From an uncultured Pseudomonadota bacterium (lineage in GTDB: Bacteria; Oederibacteriota; Muellerivitia; Muellerivitales; Muellerivitaceae): a stretch of DNA of 64,000 nt. Each line of letters begins with the position of its first letter. Position 1 is the first letter of the stretch. The DNA is taken from positions 928,001-992,000 of the forward strand of contig CAWIIP010000002.1 in the NCBI GenBank assembly GCA_963836235.1. Direction: 5' to 3'. Positions 16,461 through 28,368 of this stretch are shown here, in pieces. The notes below the pieces were generated by a model. The model did no database searches, was not told the origin of the DNA, and was given only the letters and a program-made list of their open reading frames with translations. Made by a program: the position numbers and the translations under genes.

Positions 16461-19400
16461 TCAGTGAATGACCACAACCTTGCCCGTTTTCCGAAGAGAC
16501 TGGGGCCCGTTGCCGGCTTGGATGACGTAAATATACAAGCCGCTGGCCACCGAGTTATCCGATTGGTTCTCAAGATTCCAGATGATCTTGTTCAAACCGC
16601 TTTGACCTAAGATATCGGCTTGATAAACCAGCTCACCCGTGACGGTGAACAATTCCAATTGAACTTGTGAAGCTGAAGGTAAAGTAACCTCAAAATCAAT
16701 GGGAGTTCCATTCTTTGAGATGTTTGGAACAGCTTTGGCAAATGAAGCGCTCGATTGACATGCTGGAGTCGAGGTTGAACCTGCACTCAATCCGCTTCCT
16801 TCCTGTACCGCGGCCGCTACCAGCCGGGGTGTCGGGCTGGATGTTGGCGTACGAGTTGGCGTAGAGGTCCTAGTATTGGTGGGCGTTTTCGTGTCCGTAG
16901 CGGTGTGGGTGTTGGTAGGTGTCTTCGTCGCCGTCTTAGTATCGGTCGGCGTAGGAGTATTCGTCGGCGTACGAGTGGGCGTAGAGGTCCTAGTATTGGT
17001 CGGTGTCTTCGTGTCCGTGGCGGTATGGGTACTGGTAGGTGACTTCGTCGCCGTCTTAGTATCGGTCGGCGTAGGAGTATTCGTCGGCGTACGAGTGGGC
17101 GTAAAGGTACTAGTATTGGTCGGCGTATGGGTAGGCCTATGAGTATGGGTGCTGGTTGGCGTAATAGTAGCCGTCTCGGTAGCGGTGCTACTGGCCGTCC
17201 GGGTCGTGGTAAGCGTCGGCGTGGAGGTTGCGGTAGCCGTAGCCGAGTTTGTGGGTGTATTGGTCGCCGTATTGATAGCCGTGCTGGTGGCGCTATTCGT
17301 GACCGTGAAAGTTGGCGTCACGGTGGGCGAATTGGTGGCCGAAGAAGTAGGCGTAAGGGTTGCCGTTTTCGTCGCCGTGAAGGTAATGGTTGGCGTCGGG
17401 GTCAAGGTCGGCGAACCGATCGCGGAGCCGCCGGATGTGCAAGGGGCGAATTGATCCACTTGGTTCGCTCCCTGTTCCGCCACATAGAGGGTTCCGTTGT
17501 TGGTAGCCAAACCTTCCGGATTCATGAAGCCGCTTCCAGCGCCGGAGGTCACCCCTTCCAGGGTTCCCTGTTCGTTGTAGACCGCGACCAAGCTGACGCC
17601 ATCGGACACGTAAACCAAGCCCGTCACGTTATCCACCGTGATAAAGCCTGGGCCCTGGAGGCCTGAGGAAGTGGTGTTCCATTGGCTCAGAAGATTTCCC
17701 TGGTAATCAAACACGGAGACCGTTTCGGCGTCGTAATCCGTCACGTAAACGTTGCCGTTGCCATCCACCGACACGCCCGTGGGAGCTTGGAAGGCCGTGG
17801 GTGTCCCCGCGATTCCAGTGCTGCCCCATTGGTTCAAATAACCGTTGGTTGGGTTGAAAGACTCTATCCGGCCGTTGCCGAAGTCCGCCACATAGAACGT
17901 GGTTCCGGCGTTGTTTGCCCCGATACCCCAAGGTTCGTTGAACTGTCCGTTTCCGAAACCCGTGCCGCCAAATTGCGCGACTGGTGTGCCGTAAAGGGTG
18001 AACTCGTCGATTTGGTTGTCATAGAAGTCCACGACGAAGATGTCGTTCCCGGCGATGGCCAGGCCGTTGGGTTCGCCAAAGGCATAGCTGCCGGTCCCGC
18101 TCCAGGGCGTCAAAGCCGCCCCGGTGGCCGAGTAAACATCGATCTGGTTGTTGGTGTTGTCGGCAATATAGACATTACCGCTGGCGTCCAAAGCCAAGCC
18201 ATAGGGGCTTCCAGCCGCCAAGGTCTGGTTCTGGCCGCAAGCCAATGGGGCGTTGTTAGGCGTGGCGGTAGGCGTGGGGATGCTCGAGCAAGGAGCAATC
18301 AACCGGATATTATCCAGGTAAAAGTTCCCTTTCCCATTGGTGGAATTATTGTTGTAGATGAACCTGATTCCAGTCGTGGAACTTCCCACACCCGTTATAA
18401 GGAATGTCACGCTCTGCTGTCCTGCGACAATACCCACCGTATTTGAAATAGTCGAATAATTTTGGTCCACTATTTCCAGTTGGGAATAGGTCGACCCAGC
18501 CACCAAACTCGGATCCACATAGAGATCCATAACCAACTGGCCCACATTTGTCCAATTCGTGATCGGAATCCCGGACAGGATCATCGCCTGGTCGTTCCAA
18601 CCCGCGGCGGTGTTGATGTTTACATCCAGGGAAGTCAATCCTTGGGTCACGTGCGATTTGGACAGGCTGAAGGTCGCGTTCGATCCGCTCCAAGTCCCAC
18701 CCTGGGTCAAGCTCTCGCAACCGTTGAGCAGCTCGGGGCATGTCGCCACGAACACGGGGATGTTGATAGTCACGTCATTCATCCAAATAGTAACCGGCGC
18801 GGTGGCGTTCAGCACCTGTATACCCAATTGTTCAACATCGGACGGGGTCCCCGGGCTCATGGTGAAGCTGACTTGAGTCCAAGAAGAGGACAAACTGTTC
18901 TGGTAAGATCCGCCGTCCCATGAGTAACCCGACCCGCTTTGGTCGAATACCTGGAGGTTTCCTGAACCCGAGGCCTTGTACCAGAAGCTAATGGTACTTC
19001 CGGCGGGGATGGATACGGCCGATGGGAATTGCAAGCCGATGTCCTCACCGCCAGCACCCACCACGGGAAGAATCACTTCCAATGATCCCGTTCCACCAGT
19101 CAAAGGATAGGGATTGGCCGGGTCCACCTGAACAATCGCCCCGGCAGGTCCATTAAACGCTGTCCAACCCTGGGTACAGCCACCGAAGGTATAAGTGGGT
19201 TGTAAGGAAGCCACGCAAGCCGTCGGTGTGGCCGTAGGCGGCATGGTCGGCGAGCCGATCGGCGAGCCCCCGGAGGTGCAAGGCGCGAATTGATCCACTT
19301 GATTCGCTCCCTGTTCCCCCACGTACCAGGTTCCGTTGTTGGCAGCCAAACCTTCCGGATCCTGGAAGCCGCTTCCGGCGCCGGAGGTTACCCCTTCAAA

Positions 19401-22400
19401 TGTTCCCTGCGTGTTATAGACCGCGACCAGGCTGTTGCCATCGGACACGTAAACCAGGCCCGTGGTGTTATCCACCGCGATGAAGCCGGGTCCTTGAAGG
19501 ACTCCTTGGGCGCTCCATTGCCGAAGGAGATTACCCTGATAGTCAAACACCGACACGGTTTGGGCGTCGTAATCCGTCACGTAAACATTGCCGCTGGCGT
19601 CCACCGCGATACCCGTGGGCGCTTGGAAGGGAGTGGTTCCCGTAATTCCACTGGCTCCCCATTGGCTTAAATAGGTACCCGCGGGGCTGAAAGCCTCCAC
19701 CCGGCCGTTGCCGAAGTCCGCCACATAAACCGTGGTTCCGGCGCTGTTGGCCCCGATTCCCCAAGGTTCGCTGAATTGTCCGTTACCGCTGCCCTGGGTT
19801 CCCCATTGGGCGACGGGCGTACCGTTGAGGGTAAACTCGTCGATCTCGTCGTCATAATAATCCACCACGAAAAGGTTGTTCACGGCGACGGCTAGGCCGT
19901 TGGGTTGCCCAAAGGAATAGCTGCCGTTCCCGTACCATTGGCCCATGGAAGCTCCCGTGGCCGAGTAAATATCGATCTGGTTGTTCGTGTTGTCGGCGAT
20001 ATAGACATTGCCGCTGGCGTCTAAGGCCAAGCCATAGGGGCTTCCCGCCGCCAAAGTTTGGGTCTGGTTGCAGGCCAAGGGCGCGAAGGTAGGTGTAATA
20101 GTGGCCGTCGGCAAGATGGGGTTGGAGATGAGCCAGCCCTGCACATCGGCAGTGATCGTGCTCCAGCCATTGCCTGAACCGCCCGTGCCAATTTGGAACC
20201 CGATCTGAACCACTTGGGTCGGGTCAAAACCGCCTGACAAAGTACTGGGGACTGTCATCGTGAAGGTGACGCATCCCGAATCATTCCCCGTGGCCGATCC
20301 AAAGTAGGTGCCGGTTTGCTGATAAACACCGGCGTAGCCTTGAGCTGAACCGTCTTGTAAATAGATCTGGCCGTAATACTGGGGAGCGTTGGAATCGAAC
20401 CCGTTGCTGATATCGGCGACCATCGTGATCACCTTGCCCGCGAAGTTCGTGGGAACGCCGAAACCTTTTTCCACGTTGTAAGTTTGGTTGATCCCGGTGA
20501 AGGGAGGCTGTATTTCCAAGGCGCCGGTGGAGCCGCCATAGCAACTATCGGCGGGCGCGGGATTAAAGGCGACCGACCCGCTGATGATTCCTCCCGAATA
20601 TTGGTTGACGCTCCAGCTGCTGACATCCGCGGTGGAATTAAAGGTATAAGAGGAAAGTGGAACCGGGGTGCCGGTGGGGGTGGGGGTGTTTAAAACTTTC
20701 GGCGTGGCGTTGGAGAAAAGCCAGCCCTGAACATCGGCCGTGATCGTGCTCCAACCTGTGCCACCACCGCCCGTGCCGATTTGGAACCCGATCTGAACCA
20801 CTTGGGTCGGGTCAAAGGAACCGCTGATGCCGCTGGGGACCGTAAATGTGAAGGTGACGCATCCCGAATTGTTCCCGGAGGCGGACCCAAAGCTGGGTTG
20901 GGTGGAATAGGCGCCTGCGTAACCCTGGGCGGCACCGTCCTGTACGTAGATTTGGCCCCAATACTGGGCCGCGTTGGAGTTAAAGTTGTTGCTGATGTCG
21001 GCGATCATCGTGATGGACTTGCCCGCGAAATTCGTGGGACCCGCCAAACCCTTTTCCACATTGTAATTTTGGTTGGCCCCGGTGAAGGGAGGCATCACTT
21101 CCAATGCTCCGGTAGAACCGCCGTAACAACTGTCGGTTGGCGAAGCGTTATAGGCGACCGACCCGCTGATGAGCCCTCCCGAATATTGGTTGATGCTCCA
21201 ACTGCTGGCATCCGCGCTGGAATTGAAGGTATATCCGCCGTTCAGAGACAGGCGGGTGCTGGTGGGCGTGGGTGTGGAGGTGGGGCCCCCGCTGTTTTCG
21301 GTCAGGCACATCTGGCCGACCCAGAAGGTCATCGGTGAGGAATTGGCCGCGTCGGTCTGGAACTTGATGCCGTTGCAATTCGCCAAAGCCTGTGCCTCGG
21401 TGGGAATGGCATCAGGAGATCCCGTGGGCCAACTGCTGTACTGCCGGACAAAAGAAGAGTAAGGAATCGTCACCAATTGCCATGTGTTAGGCGTCGACAC
21501 TTGGATGGCGTAACTATAATCGGCGTAATCCCCGGTGGTAGCGTTGTCAATGATGGGATTGGCGAATTCAACTAAAACCGTGGTTTGGACGCTTGCCATA
21601 AAATAGAACTGAAGGTTGTTCAAGCCGCTGAAGTTCTGGACGCTGCCGAAAGTGGCCTCTTCCCCAAAGCCGCCCGACGAAGGGTTCGTTCCCGACAATT
21701 GCAAAGCGTAGGCGGGTCCATTCGCGACCGGGCTCACCACTCCCGTTGAAGCGGTGTTTGCGCCGCCGCCATAGTTGTAAGAATAGAAGGACGTTCCTAA
21801 ACTATCCGTCACAACTCCGTTCCCGAAATTAGAGGAATACACGCAGGAACCCGCCGGAATCGGTGTGGGAGTGATGAAGACGGTAGGCGTAAAGGTGGGC
21901 ACGGAGCCAGGGATAAGCCAATTCTTGACTGCGACTCCCCAAGCCGACGGGGCGAAATTCCAATTGGCCAAAAGGTCCGGCGGCGTATCGGTGTTCATGG
22001 ACCAAGCGGTGGCTCCTACCACACCCGTGGTGGTGACGGCCCAGCCCGAGGGACCGATCATGTTGTTGTCAAAGGTGCCGTTGTCGCTGTCGTTGCTGGC
22101 ATCTGGACCCATTTCACCAATGAAAACAGGAACGGTGGTAAGGACCGAAGACGGAACGCTGGCGTTCCAGCTGGAGGCTGCGATGCCGTCGTTGCTGCCG
22201 TAAAGATGCGCTGAATAAACCACGCCGTTGCCGGGGTTGGCCACGGGATAGTTCACGACGCCAGTCAAGTCCGAGCACCAGGCCAAGCCGCCCATCAAGC
22301 AAACATTGTTTGCGCCCGTTCCACGGACCGCGTTTAAGAGGGCCTGCATGCCTGGTGTCGTAAAGGAACCATTATTCGAGCCGCCATTGAACCAAGTATT

Positions 22401-24233
22401 CCAAGCATTGGTGTCATCCGTGCCGCTGGGGCTGGTGCTGTAAGGCTCGTTGTAAAGGTCGAAGAGAACTGCCGGATTGTTGGCGTAGGTGGAAGCCAAT
22501 GAGCTCCAGAAGGTGATGGCGTTGGCGTCCGCCATGAACTGTTGCTTGGTGTTGAGGTCGTTACCCCATCCGGTTCCGCAAGGCGCGGTGGCGGTCGAGG
22601 AAGTCCCGGACCAATGCAGGTCCAGGATCACGTAGACCCCGTGGTTGAAGGCGTAATCAACGATTTGATGGACCTTGCTCTGGTAAGCCGCGGAACCCGC
22701 GCCCGAACAGCCGAACCATTCATCCTGGTTCAGGGGGAAGCGCATGATAGTGGCGCCCCAGGCCGTGACCGCTTCCTGCTCGGTTTTCAAGATCGAGCCG
22801 CCAATCCCGCTCGGCGGGCCCTCGCCGATGTAAGCCGAACCGTCATACCATTCTAAGCTGTCGATGTCGACGCCCTTTAGGACGGCGGGAGAGCCGTTCG
22901 CCAAAAGGGAATTTCCGGAGACCGAAAGGGATGGCGGACCGCTGGTGGGAGTGCGCGTAATGGTGGGCGTGATGGTCGCCGACTGCCTTTTTGATAAATA
23001 GGCGGATTGGTAAACCCAACCCTGCACATCAACCGTGACCGTATTCCACGCCGTTCCGGAACCGCCCGTGCCGATTTGGAATCCGATTTGAACCACTTGG
23101 GTCGGGTCAAAGGATCCGCTCAAAGAACTCGGAACCGTAAAGGTAAAAGTGACGCATCCGGAATCATTGCCCGACGCGGAGCCAAAGCTGGTACCCGTAT
23201 TTTGATATACCGAAGCGTAACCTTGGGCAGGTCCATTTTGTAAATAAATCTGACCATAATATTGGCCCGCGTTCGAGTTGAATCCGTTGCTGATATCAGC
23301 CACCATCGTGATGGCCATACCGCTAAAGTTGGTCGCCCCAGCCAAGGCATATTCGACATTATAAATTTGGTTGGCGGCCGTAAAGGGAGGTTGGATTTCC
23401 AGGGCTCCGGCAGAGCCGCTGTAACAGCTATCGGCGGGAGAAGAATTAAAACCGACCGATCCGGTGATGAGTCCACCCGAATATTGGTTAATGCTCCATC
23501 CGCTGATATCCGCGCTCGAATTGAAGGTATAACCGGTGGAACCGGGTGAAAGTGGACCAATAGTCGCTGTCGGGGTAACGGTAGGAGTGGGCGTCAAGGT
23601 AGGCGTCGGTGTGTTGGTCGGATAGACCCAGCCTTGAACATCCACCGTGATGGTATTCCACGCCGTACCGCCGCTGCCGGTGCCGATTTGGAATCCTATT
23701 TGAACCACTTGGGTCGGGTCGAAGGATCCACTCAAAGAACTTGGGACCGTAAAGGTAAAAGTAACGCAGCCGGAATCATTTCCCGTGGCGCTCCCGAAGC
23801 TGGTTCCGGTGGACTGATAGACCGAAGCGTAACCTTGAGCGCTCCCATCCTGCAAATATATCTGGCCGTAATACTGGCCCGCGTTCGTGGCAAATCCGTT
23901 GCTAATATCAGCCACCATCGTGATTGACTCGCCCGCAAAATTAGTGGGACTCGCCAACCCATAATCCACGTTATAAATTTGGTTGGCCGCGGTAAAGGGC
24001 GGCTGCACCTCCAAGGCACCCGTGGAACCGCCAAAACAACCATCGGCGGGGGCGGGATTATAGGTTACCGATCCGGTAATCAAGCCACCCGAATAGATGT
24101 TAATCCCCCAATTACTGATATCCGCGCTTGAATTAAAAGTATAGCCGGAAAGACTTTGCGCCCATGTCCATCCCGGGCCTAATGCGATTAGGAGAAAGAG
24201 TAAGCTAGAATATTTTTTGAGATAAGAAGTCAT
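16461..24233 (-). CDS. Giant secreted modular GH5 glycoside hydrolase (4 repeated CBM-like modules, CBM11/CIA30-like domain, 2 NHL propellers, Thr/Pro linker, C-terminal sorting domain)
   Basis: Signal peptide after ATG 24233; GH5 motifs [25 protein letters not shown]; NHL repeats; CTD ending [10 protein letters not shown]...GKVVVIH. Confidence 0.88.
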   Translation of the reverse strand: MTSYLKKYSSLLFLLIALGPGWTWAQSLSGYTFNSSADISNWGINIYSGGLITGSVTYNPAPADGCFGGSTGALEVQPPFTAANQIYNVDYGLASPTNFAGESITMVADISNGFATNAGQYYGQIYLQDGSAQGYASVYQSTGTSFGSATGNDSGCVTFTFTVPSSLSGSFDPTQVVQIGFQIGTGSGGTAWNTITVDVQGWVYPTNTPTPTLTPTPTVTPTATIGPLSPGSTGYTFNSSADISGWSINQYSGGLITGSVGFNSSPADSCYSGSAGALEIQPPFTAANQIYNVEYALAGATNFSGMAITMVADISNGFNSNAGQYYGQIYLQNGPAQGYASVYQNTGTSFGSASGNDSGCVTFTFTVPSSLSGSFDPTQVVQIGFQIGTGGSGTAWNTVTVDVQGWVYQSAYLSKRQSATITPTITRTPTSGPPSLSVSGNSLLANGSPAVLKGVDIDSLEWYDGSAYIGEGPPSGIGGSILKTEQEAVTAWGATIMRFPLNQDEWFGCSGAGSAAYQSKVHQIVDYAFNHGVYVILDLHWSGTSSTATAPCGTGWGNDLNTKQQFMADANAITFWSSLASTYANNPAVLFDLYNEPYSTSPSGTDDTNAWNTWFNGGSNNGSFTTPGMQALLNAVRGTGANNVCLMGGLAWCSDLTGVVNYPVANPGNGVVYSAHLYGSNDGIAASSWNASVPSSVLTTVPVFIGEMGPDASNDSDNGTFDNNMIGPSGWAVTTTGVVGATAWSMNTDTPPDLLANWNFAPSAWGVAVKNWLIPGSVPTFTPTVFITPTPIPAGSCVYSSNFGNGVVTDSLGTSFYSYNYGGGANTASTGVVSPVANGPAYALQLSGTNPSSGGFGEEATFGSVQNFSGLNNLQFYFMASVQTTVLVEFANPIIDNATTGDYADYSYAIQVSTPNTWQLVTIPYSSFVRQYSSWPTGSPDAIPTEAQALANCNGIKFQTDAANSSPMTFWVGQMCLTENSGGPTSTPTPTSTRLSLNGGYTFNSSADASSWSINQYSGGLISGSVAYNASPTDSCYGGSTGALEVMPPFTGANQNYNVEKGLAGPTNFAGKSITMIADISNNFNSNAAQYWGQIYVQDGAAQGYAGAYSTQPSFGSASGNNSGCVTFTFTVPSGISGSFDPTQVVQIGFQIGTGGGGTGWSTITADVQGWLFSNATPKVLNTPTPTGTPVPLSSYTFNSTADVSSWSVNQYSGGIISGSVAFNPAPADSCYGGSTGALEIQPPFTGINQTYNVEKGFGVPTNFAGKVITMVADISNGFDSNAPQYYGQIYLQDGSAQGYAGVYQQTGTYFGSATGNDSGCVTFTMTVPSTLSGGFDPTQVVQIGFQIGTGGSGNGWSTITADVQGWLISNPILPTATITPTFAPLACNQTQTLAAGSPYGLALDASGNVYIADNTNNQIDIYSATGASMGQWYGNGSYSFGQPNGLAVAVNNLFVVDYYDDEIDEFTLNGTPVAQWGTQGSGNGQFSEPWGIGANSAGTTVYVADFGNGRVEAFSPAGTYLSQWGASGITGTTPFQAPTGIAVDASGNVYVTDYDAQTVSVFDYQGNLLRQWSAQGVLQGPGFIAVDNTTGLVYVSDGNSLVAVYNTQGTFEGVTSGAGSGFQDPEGLAANNGTWYVGEQGANQVDQFAPCTSGGSPIGSPTMPPTATPTACVASLQPTYTFGGCTQGWTAFNGPAGAIVQVDPANPYPLTGGTGSLEVILPVVGAGGEDIGLQFPSAVSIPAGSTISFWYKASGSGNLQVFDQSGSGYSWDGGSYQNSLSSSWTQVSFTMSPGTPSDVEQLGIQVLNATAPVTIWMNDVTINIPVFVATCPELLNGCESLTQGGTWSGSNATFSLSKSHVTQGLTSLDVNINTAAGWNDQAMILSGIPITNWTNVGQLVMDLYVDPSLVAGSTYSQLEIVDQNYSTISNTVGIVAGQQSVTFLITGVGSSTTGIRFIYNNNSTNGKGNFYLDNIRLIAPCSSIPTPTATPNNAPLACGQNQTLAAGSPYGLALDASGNVYIADNTNNQIDVYSATGAALTPWSGTGSYAFGEPNGLAIAGNDIFVVDFYDNQIDEFTLYGTPVAQFGGTGFGNGQFNEPWGIGANNAGTTFYVADFGNGRIESFNPTNGYLNQWGSTGIAGTPTAFQAPTGVSVDGNGNVYVTDYDAETVSVFDYQGNLLSQWNTTSSGLQGPGFITVDNVTGLVYVSDGVSLVAVYNEQGTLEGVTSGAGSGFMNPEGLATNNGTLYVAEQGANQVDQFAPCTSGGSAIGSPTLTPTPTITFTATKTATLTPTSSATNSPTVTPTFTVTNSATSTAINTATNTPTNSATATATSTPTLTTTRTASSTATETATITPTSTHTHRPTHTPTNTSTFTPTRTPTNTPTPTDTKTATKSPTSTHTATDTKTPTNTRTSTPTRTPTNTPTPTDTKTATKTPTNTHTATDTKTPTNTRTSTPTRTPTSSPTPRLVAAAVQEGSGLSAGSTSTPACQSSASFAKAVPNISKNGTPIDFEVTLPSASQVQLELFTVTGELVYQADILGQSGLNKIIWNLENQSDNSVASGLYIYVIQAGNGPQSLRKTGKVVVIH
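16850..17125 (-). repeat. 120-bp-period tandem repeat encoding the Thr/Pro linker
   Basis: 16861-16980 and 16981-17100 are near-identical. Confidence 0.9.
17410..20080 (-). repeat. Two similar NHL beta-propeller modules (~17410-18250 and ~19260-20080)
   Basis: Both begin [35 protein letters not shown] and end [23 protein letters not shown], with high DNA similarity. Confidence 0.9.
20127..24146 (-). repeat. Four ~175-aa repeated modules (~23622-24146, 23010-23534, 20715-21236, 20127-20651)
   Basis: Each spans YTFNS.AD...SGCVTFT...[16 protein letters not shown]...DVQGW. Confidence 0.92.
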
Positions 24234-24552
24234 TAGTTTTCCTTTGGGCAAAAGGTTGCAAAAATAATTCTTGGCGACAATAAAAAAAAATAAAAAAATT
24301 GTCAAAGAGATTTTATTGAATTAATTTTGGCGGGTTTAGAATGGTACTTTTTTTGACAGAATAATCAATAAAACTTTTTGTAAATCTTTCACCCGTTTTA
24401 AAAAACGTTTTTTGGTTTTCCGTTAAAGATATTTGTAGTTTTTTTGTCATTAACAAAAAACATTTTAGGGCGATTCCTTATTTTTACGAAGAACCAACGC
24501 CTTTCTTCGTTAAATCGAAGAGTCTAAAATTTAGACTTGTAAAAACAAAAAA

Positions 24553-24565
24553 TGAAACCGGTTCA
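24553..24565. promoter_or_regulatory. LacI-family operator-like palindrome TGAAACCGGTTCA
   Basis: CG-centred near-palindrome in the AT-rich region upstream of the giant GH5; near-copy at 50836-50848. Confidence 0.45.
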
Positions 24566-24850
24566 AGCTTTATTTTTAAAAAAATGGATTAAAGCCCACT
24601 GAGTCGAGAAAGGATAAACACAGAACAACAAATAATAAAAAAATTATCAAAACAGAAAATAAATATTTCCAATTTCGGGCGAGAACTTTCGAGAGGAAAC
24701 CGACATTAATATTTATTCAAGAGGGGAAGTTAAAAGGAACGAATCAAAAAAGTCGTCTTATTTTCTTCCCAAGCACTGAAATAAAAAAACGCAATAAAAA
24801 TACCTTCGGGAGTATCTTGAAAAGGCAGAAGAAAGAAAAAATACTAAAAC

Positions 24851-25747
24851 TTAGGCCCGCCACAAAGAAGTCTTACGTATCGCTGACAAGTCTTTGTGGA
24901 TTTGTTTCACCAACTTGGCGGAAGAGGAGAATTTCTTCTCCGTCCTTAAGTACTTCAATAAGTACACCTTCATCCTTCGTCCGTAAAGTCTTCCGTAATA
25001 GTGAAGCAGATGCACTTCGGCCTGGCGGTGGTGGTCGTCTTCTTTGAACGTCGGGCGCTTGCCCAAGTTCATTCCCGCCCGGTAATATTTCGAGCCCAGC
25101 TTCACCGAGCAGGCGTAAACCCCGTCCTTGGGAAGAAACTCATCGATATGCGCCAAGTTGGCGGTGGGAAACCCGATCTGGTGCCCCACATGTTTCCCGT
25201 GAACCACTTCCCCCTCGATGAAATACGGCTTTCCCAATAGCTGGTTGGCCAACTGGGTTTGGCCCCGGGATAAAAGCTCCCGGATCCGGCTGGAGGACAC
25301 CACCCTCCCTTTCACCCGGATGGGTTCCACCGCCCGGACCTCGAAAGCCGATTCTTTTCCCAAACGCCTCAAGAGCGCCACGTCGCCCCTTGCGCCACGC
25401 CCGAACCGGAAGTTCGCTCCCACCACGACCCCTTTTAAGGTTCCCAATCCTTGCAGCCAATGGACAAACTGTTCCGGGGTCTTTTGGGAGAAGGCTCGGG
25501 TGAACCGGAGCACATGAACCCGACCGATACCTTCCGCCCTCAAAAGCCGGAAAGTTTCCTGCCGCGGCAAAAGGAAAGGGATACGCGGTCCGCCCTTTAA
25601 CACATGCATGGGATGATCCTGGAAAGTAACGGCGACGGGAAGGGCTCTTAAGCTTTTTGCCATTTGGACGGTTTGACGAACGAGGGCCTGATGGCCCAAA
25701 TGGACACCGTCAAAGACACCGATGGTAAGAACGATTGGCTTTTTCAA
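24851..25747 (-). CDS. ribF: Bifunctional riboflavin kinase/FAD synthetase
   Basis: IGVFDGVHLGHQ, VSSSRIR, GFPTAN, EVHLL. Confidence 0.98.
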   Translation of the reverse strand: MKKPIVLTIGVFDGVHLGHQALVRQTVQMAKSLRALPVAVTFQDHPMHVLKGGPRIPFLLPRQETFRLLRAEGIGRVHVLRFTRAFSQKTPEQFVHWLQGLGTLKGVVVGANFRFGRGARGDVALLRRLGKESAFEVRAVEPIRVKGRVVSSSRIRELLSRGQTQLANQLLGKPYFIEGEVVHGKHVGHQIGFPTANLAHIDEFLPKDGVYACSVKLGSKYYRAGMNLGKRPTFKEDDHHRQAEVHLLHYYGRLYGRRMKVYLLKYLRTEKKFSSSAKLVKQIHKDLSAIRKTSLWRA

Positions 25748-26640
25748 AGCAGTCCTTCTATTCCAAATACTTTTTCGGGCGCCACTTCCCCATCGGGTGA
25801 GACTCTGGCAATGGCGCTGACCCTTCCCTGGCTGTTCACGACGCGGTAAAGGCCGGGAGCAAAACCGGGGATTCCCAATTTCAGGCCCTGGCAGAAACGC
25901 TGGAGCAAATGATTCTCCAACTTTAACTCCGGCAGATGCTCCACCAGCCGGCTGGGCGCAATCAAGATACCCGAAAGATTCCCCTCCTCCATATTTTTTT
26001 TAACCTCTTCCAAGGTCAGAGCGTCTTTTAATAAAAACGGGCCAACTTGGGTCCGTTCCAGTTTCTCCATGCATCCGCCCGTCCCCAGGGATTCCCCGAG
26101 GGTCTGGCAAAGGGAACGCACGTAAGTGCCGGGTGAGCAGACAACCCGGAAGGACACCCGTGGAAGGTCCACTTGGAGGACTTCGACGCTTTGGATTCGG
26201 ATGGGACGGGCCTTGCGCTCCACCTCGATACCCCGGCGAGCCAACTCATAAAGCTTTTTTCCTCCCTTTTTGACTGCCGAAACCATCGGTGGCACCTGCT
26301 CGGTTAAAGTTTTAAGTTGAAGAACCGCCTCCTTCACCCTTTCCGGCGATATGTTTTCCACGGGTTTCTCATCCAATACTTTTCCGGAAATGTCATAACT
26401 ATCGGTGGAGGTCCCTAGAAGGCAGGTTGCCGCGTATTCTTTAGGATAGGAAGCGAACTCGATAAGCCGCGTGGCGGTTCCCACGGCTAAGGGCAAAACG
26501 CCGGTAGCCAGGGGATCCAAAGTGCCTAAATGGCCGATGCGCCTTTCTTTCAGGATTCCCCGCGTTTTAGCCGCCACATCGTGGGAGGTCCAGGTGGAAG
26601 GTTTGTTTAAATTAAGAACCCCATCCATAGGTGGTTTCAC
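25744..26640 (-). CDS. truB: tRNA pseudouridine(55) synthase
   Basis: TSHDV, GHLGTLDPLATGVL, PPMVSAVK, GTYVRSL. Confidence 0.98.
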   Translation of the reverse strand: MKPPMDGVLNLNKPSTWTSHDVAAKTRGILKERRIGHLGTLDPLATGVLPLAVGTATRLIEFASYPKEYAATCLLGTSTDSYDISGKVLDEKPVENISPERVKEAVLQLKTLTEQVPPMVSAVKKGGKKLYELARRGIEVERKARPIRIQSVEVLQVDLPRVSFRVVCSPGTYVRSLCQTLGESLGTGGCMEKLERTQVGPFLLKDALTLEEVKKNMEEGNLSGILIAPSRLVEHLPELKLENHLLQRFCQGLKLGIPGFAPGLYRVVNSQGRVSAIARVSPDGEVAPEKVFGIEGLL

Positions 26641-26669
26641 TTTAGGATTTTTTAAGAAAAATGACTGGA

Positions 26670-27674
26670 TTATTTAAGAACCGATTGGCAGGCGGTTAGA
26701 ACGGACTTTAAAGCCTTGTCTAATGGCCCGTCAAGGACGGCTCCGGAGGCATAGGAATGCCCGCCGCCGCCGAACTGCTTAGCCACATTGGCCACATTGA
26801 TCCCGTTTTTGGACCGGAGAGAAAGTTTAATCCGTCCATCGGGCCTTTCCTTGAGGAAGGCGGCGATTTGAACCGTATCCAGGTTGCGCACCAAGTTGAT
26901 GAGGTTTTCGGTGTCGTCGTCGGAAGCCTTGGATTTGAGAAAATCACCTTGGGTCAGCGTCATTGATCCGATGGCGCCGCTGTTGGTGGTATGGATGCTT
27001 GCCAGGGCCAGTCGGGTCAACTCGAGGGCTTCTTTGCTGATGTCCCCGAAAATGCTCTCACTGATCTGGGAGACATCCGCACCCGCTTCCTCCAAGTCGG
27101 CCGCCAGCCGAAAGATCCGGGGGGTGGTGCTGGGATAACGGAACCGGCCGGTATCGGTGACGATCGAGGTATAAATCCCCTCGGCGATATCCTTATCCAC
27201 TTTGACCTTGAGGGCTTTGATCAGCTCATAAACGACTTCACCGGTAGCCGCGGCCTCCGGAACCACCAGGTTGTAGTCGCCGTAGCGGTCATTGGAATAA
27301 TGGTGGTCGATATTAACCAGCGTGGCGAACTCCTCGCGCTGGACCCCTTCGCGGATGCGGGTGAAATCCCCCGCGTCGAGGACAAAGCAAACCTCATGGT
27401 CCGGGATATCGTCGCTGGTTTGGTAGAAGGGGGTAAAGGCCAGGAAGTCGAACTTGTAAGGAAGGGGGTCATGGTTCACCACTTGTACTTTTTTCCCCAA
27501 CTTACGCAGGGCCATGAAGAGAGCGGATTCGGCCCCTAAACCATCCCCGTCCGGGTTGACATGGGTGGTGATGAGGAAGGACTTGTGCGATTTGATGAGT
27601 TTGGCGACTTCGGCGTAGGAATCTTTTTTTCGTTGGGAGGATGTTTTGGTGGCTAACTTCGTTTTAAGCTTCAT
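26670..27674 (-). CDS. nrnA: DHH family bifunctional oligoribonuclease/PAP phosphatase
   Basis: HVNPDGD, IDHH, TDTGRF, GGGH; between rbfA and truB. Confidence 0.95.
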   Translation of the reverse strand: MKLKTKLATKTSSQRKKDSYAEVAKLIKSHKSFLITTHVNPDGDGLGAESALFMALRKLGKKVQVVNHDPLPYKFDFLAFTPFYQTSDDIPDHEVCFVLDAGDFTRIREGVQREEFATLVNIDHHYSNDRYGDYNLVVPEAAATGEVVYELIKALKVKVDKDIAEGIYTSIVTDTGRFRYPSTTPRIFRLAADLEEAGADVSQISESIFGDISKEALELTRLALASIHTTNSGAIGSMTLTQGDFLKSKASDDDTENLINLVRNLDTVQIAAFLKERPDGRIKLSLRSKNGINVANVAKQFGGGGHSYASGAVLDGPLDKALKSVLTACQSVLK

Positions 27675-28032
27675 CGCTTGGTTTTTCCTCGGAGGATTTA
27701 ATCTGGTTCAAGATGCCTTTGATCTTCATCGCATGGTCCAGCGACTCGTCCAGCCGGAATTGGATTTCGGGGGTATATCGTAGCTGAAGACGGCGTCCTA
27801 ATTCACCTCTTAAAAAACCCTTGGCTCGCTCGAGACCTGCCATGGATTCTTGCCGGGTCTTTTTGTCTCCTAAAATCGATACGAATATCTTCACGTGGCG
27901 CAAATCATCGGCAGTTTCCACTCCCGTAACGGTCACAAAATGGATTCCGGGATCTTTAACTTCCTGAATCAGCATCGCGCCGATTTCCCGTTTAATCGCC
28001 GCCGAAACCTTATCAGCCCTTTTAAAACCCAT
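27664..28032 (-). CDS. rbfA: Ribosome-binding factor A
   Basis: VKDP..., LRYTPEIQFRLDES. Confidence 0.97.
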   Translation of the reverse strand: MGFKRADKVSAAIKREIGAMLIQEVKDPGIHFVTVTGVETADDLRHVKIFVSILGDKKTRQESMAGLERAKGFLRGELGRRLQLRYTPEIQFRLDESLDHAMKIKGILNQIKSSEEKPSDEA

Positions 28033-28048
28033 AAAGTATTCCCAACCT

Positions 28049-28329
28049 TTATAAAAACTCCGTTTGAACGCCGGTCACTTGTAAATCCGCCTCATCGTCC
28101 AAAAGTTCCAACACTTTGGACAATGTGGAATTGGCGTGAGAACGGTCAGTGTTAACCGTAGCCAGGGCCAAAACCGACCTTTGCCAGAGATTTTGGAATT
28201 CGACTTCGGCCACCGAGACGTTGAATTGCTTCGCAAACGGTCCGTAACGCTTTTCAAGCTGGAACGTTTCGTTTTGAGTGATCCGCTTTCGGGATAATGG
28301 ATTTCGACCCGCAAAAGACCTATCACCAT
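28049..28329 (-). pseudogene. DUF503 (YlxP) family gene with a 1-nt deletion frameshift (pseudogene or sequencing error)
   Basis: N-terminus SLKTKRSSLKSVTDRLRS continues in another frame as FNVSVAEVEFQNLWQRS...TEFL* after 28226-28227; adding one base restores 93 aa. Confidence 0.8.
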
Positions 28330-28368
28330 TTGATCTTGAAGTCCTCAGTCGAAAACCACGAACTGGAG

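Noticed and set aside
16850-17420. Regular repeats resembling a CRISPR array
   Set aside because: Period is a multiple of 3, in frame within the GH5 linker; no unique spacers and no cas genes
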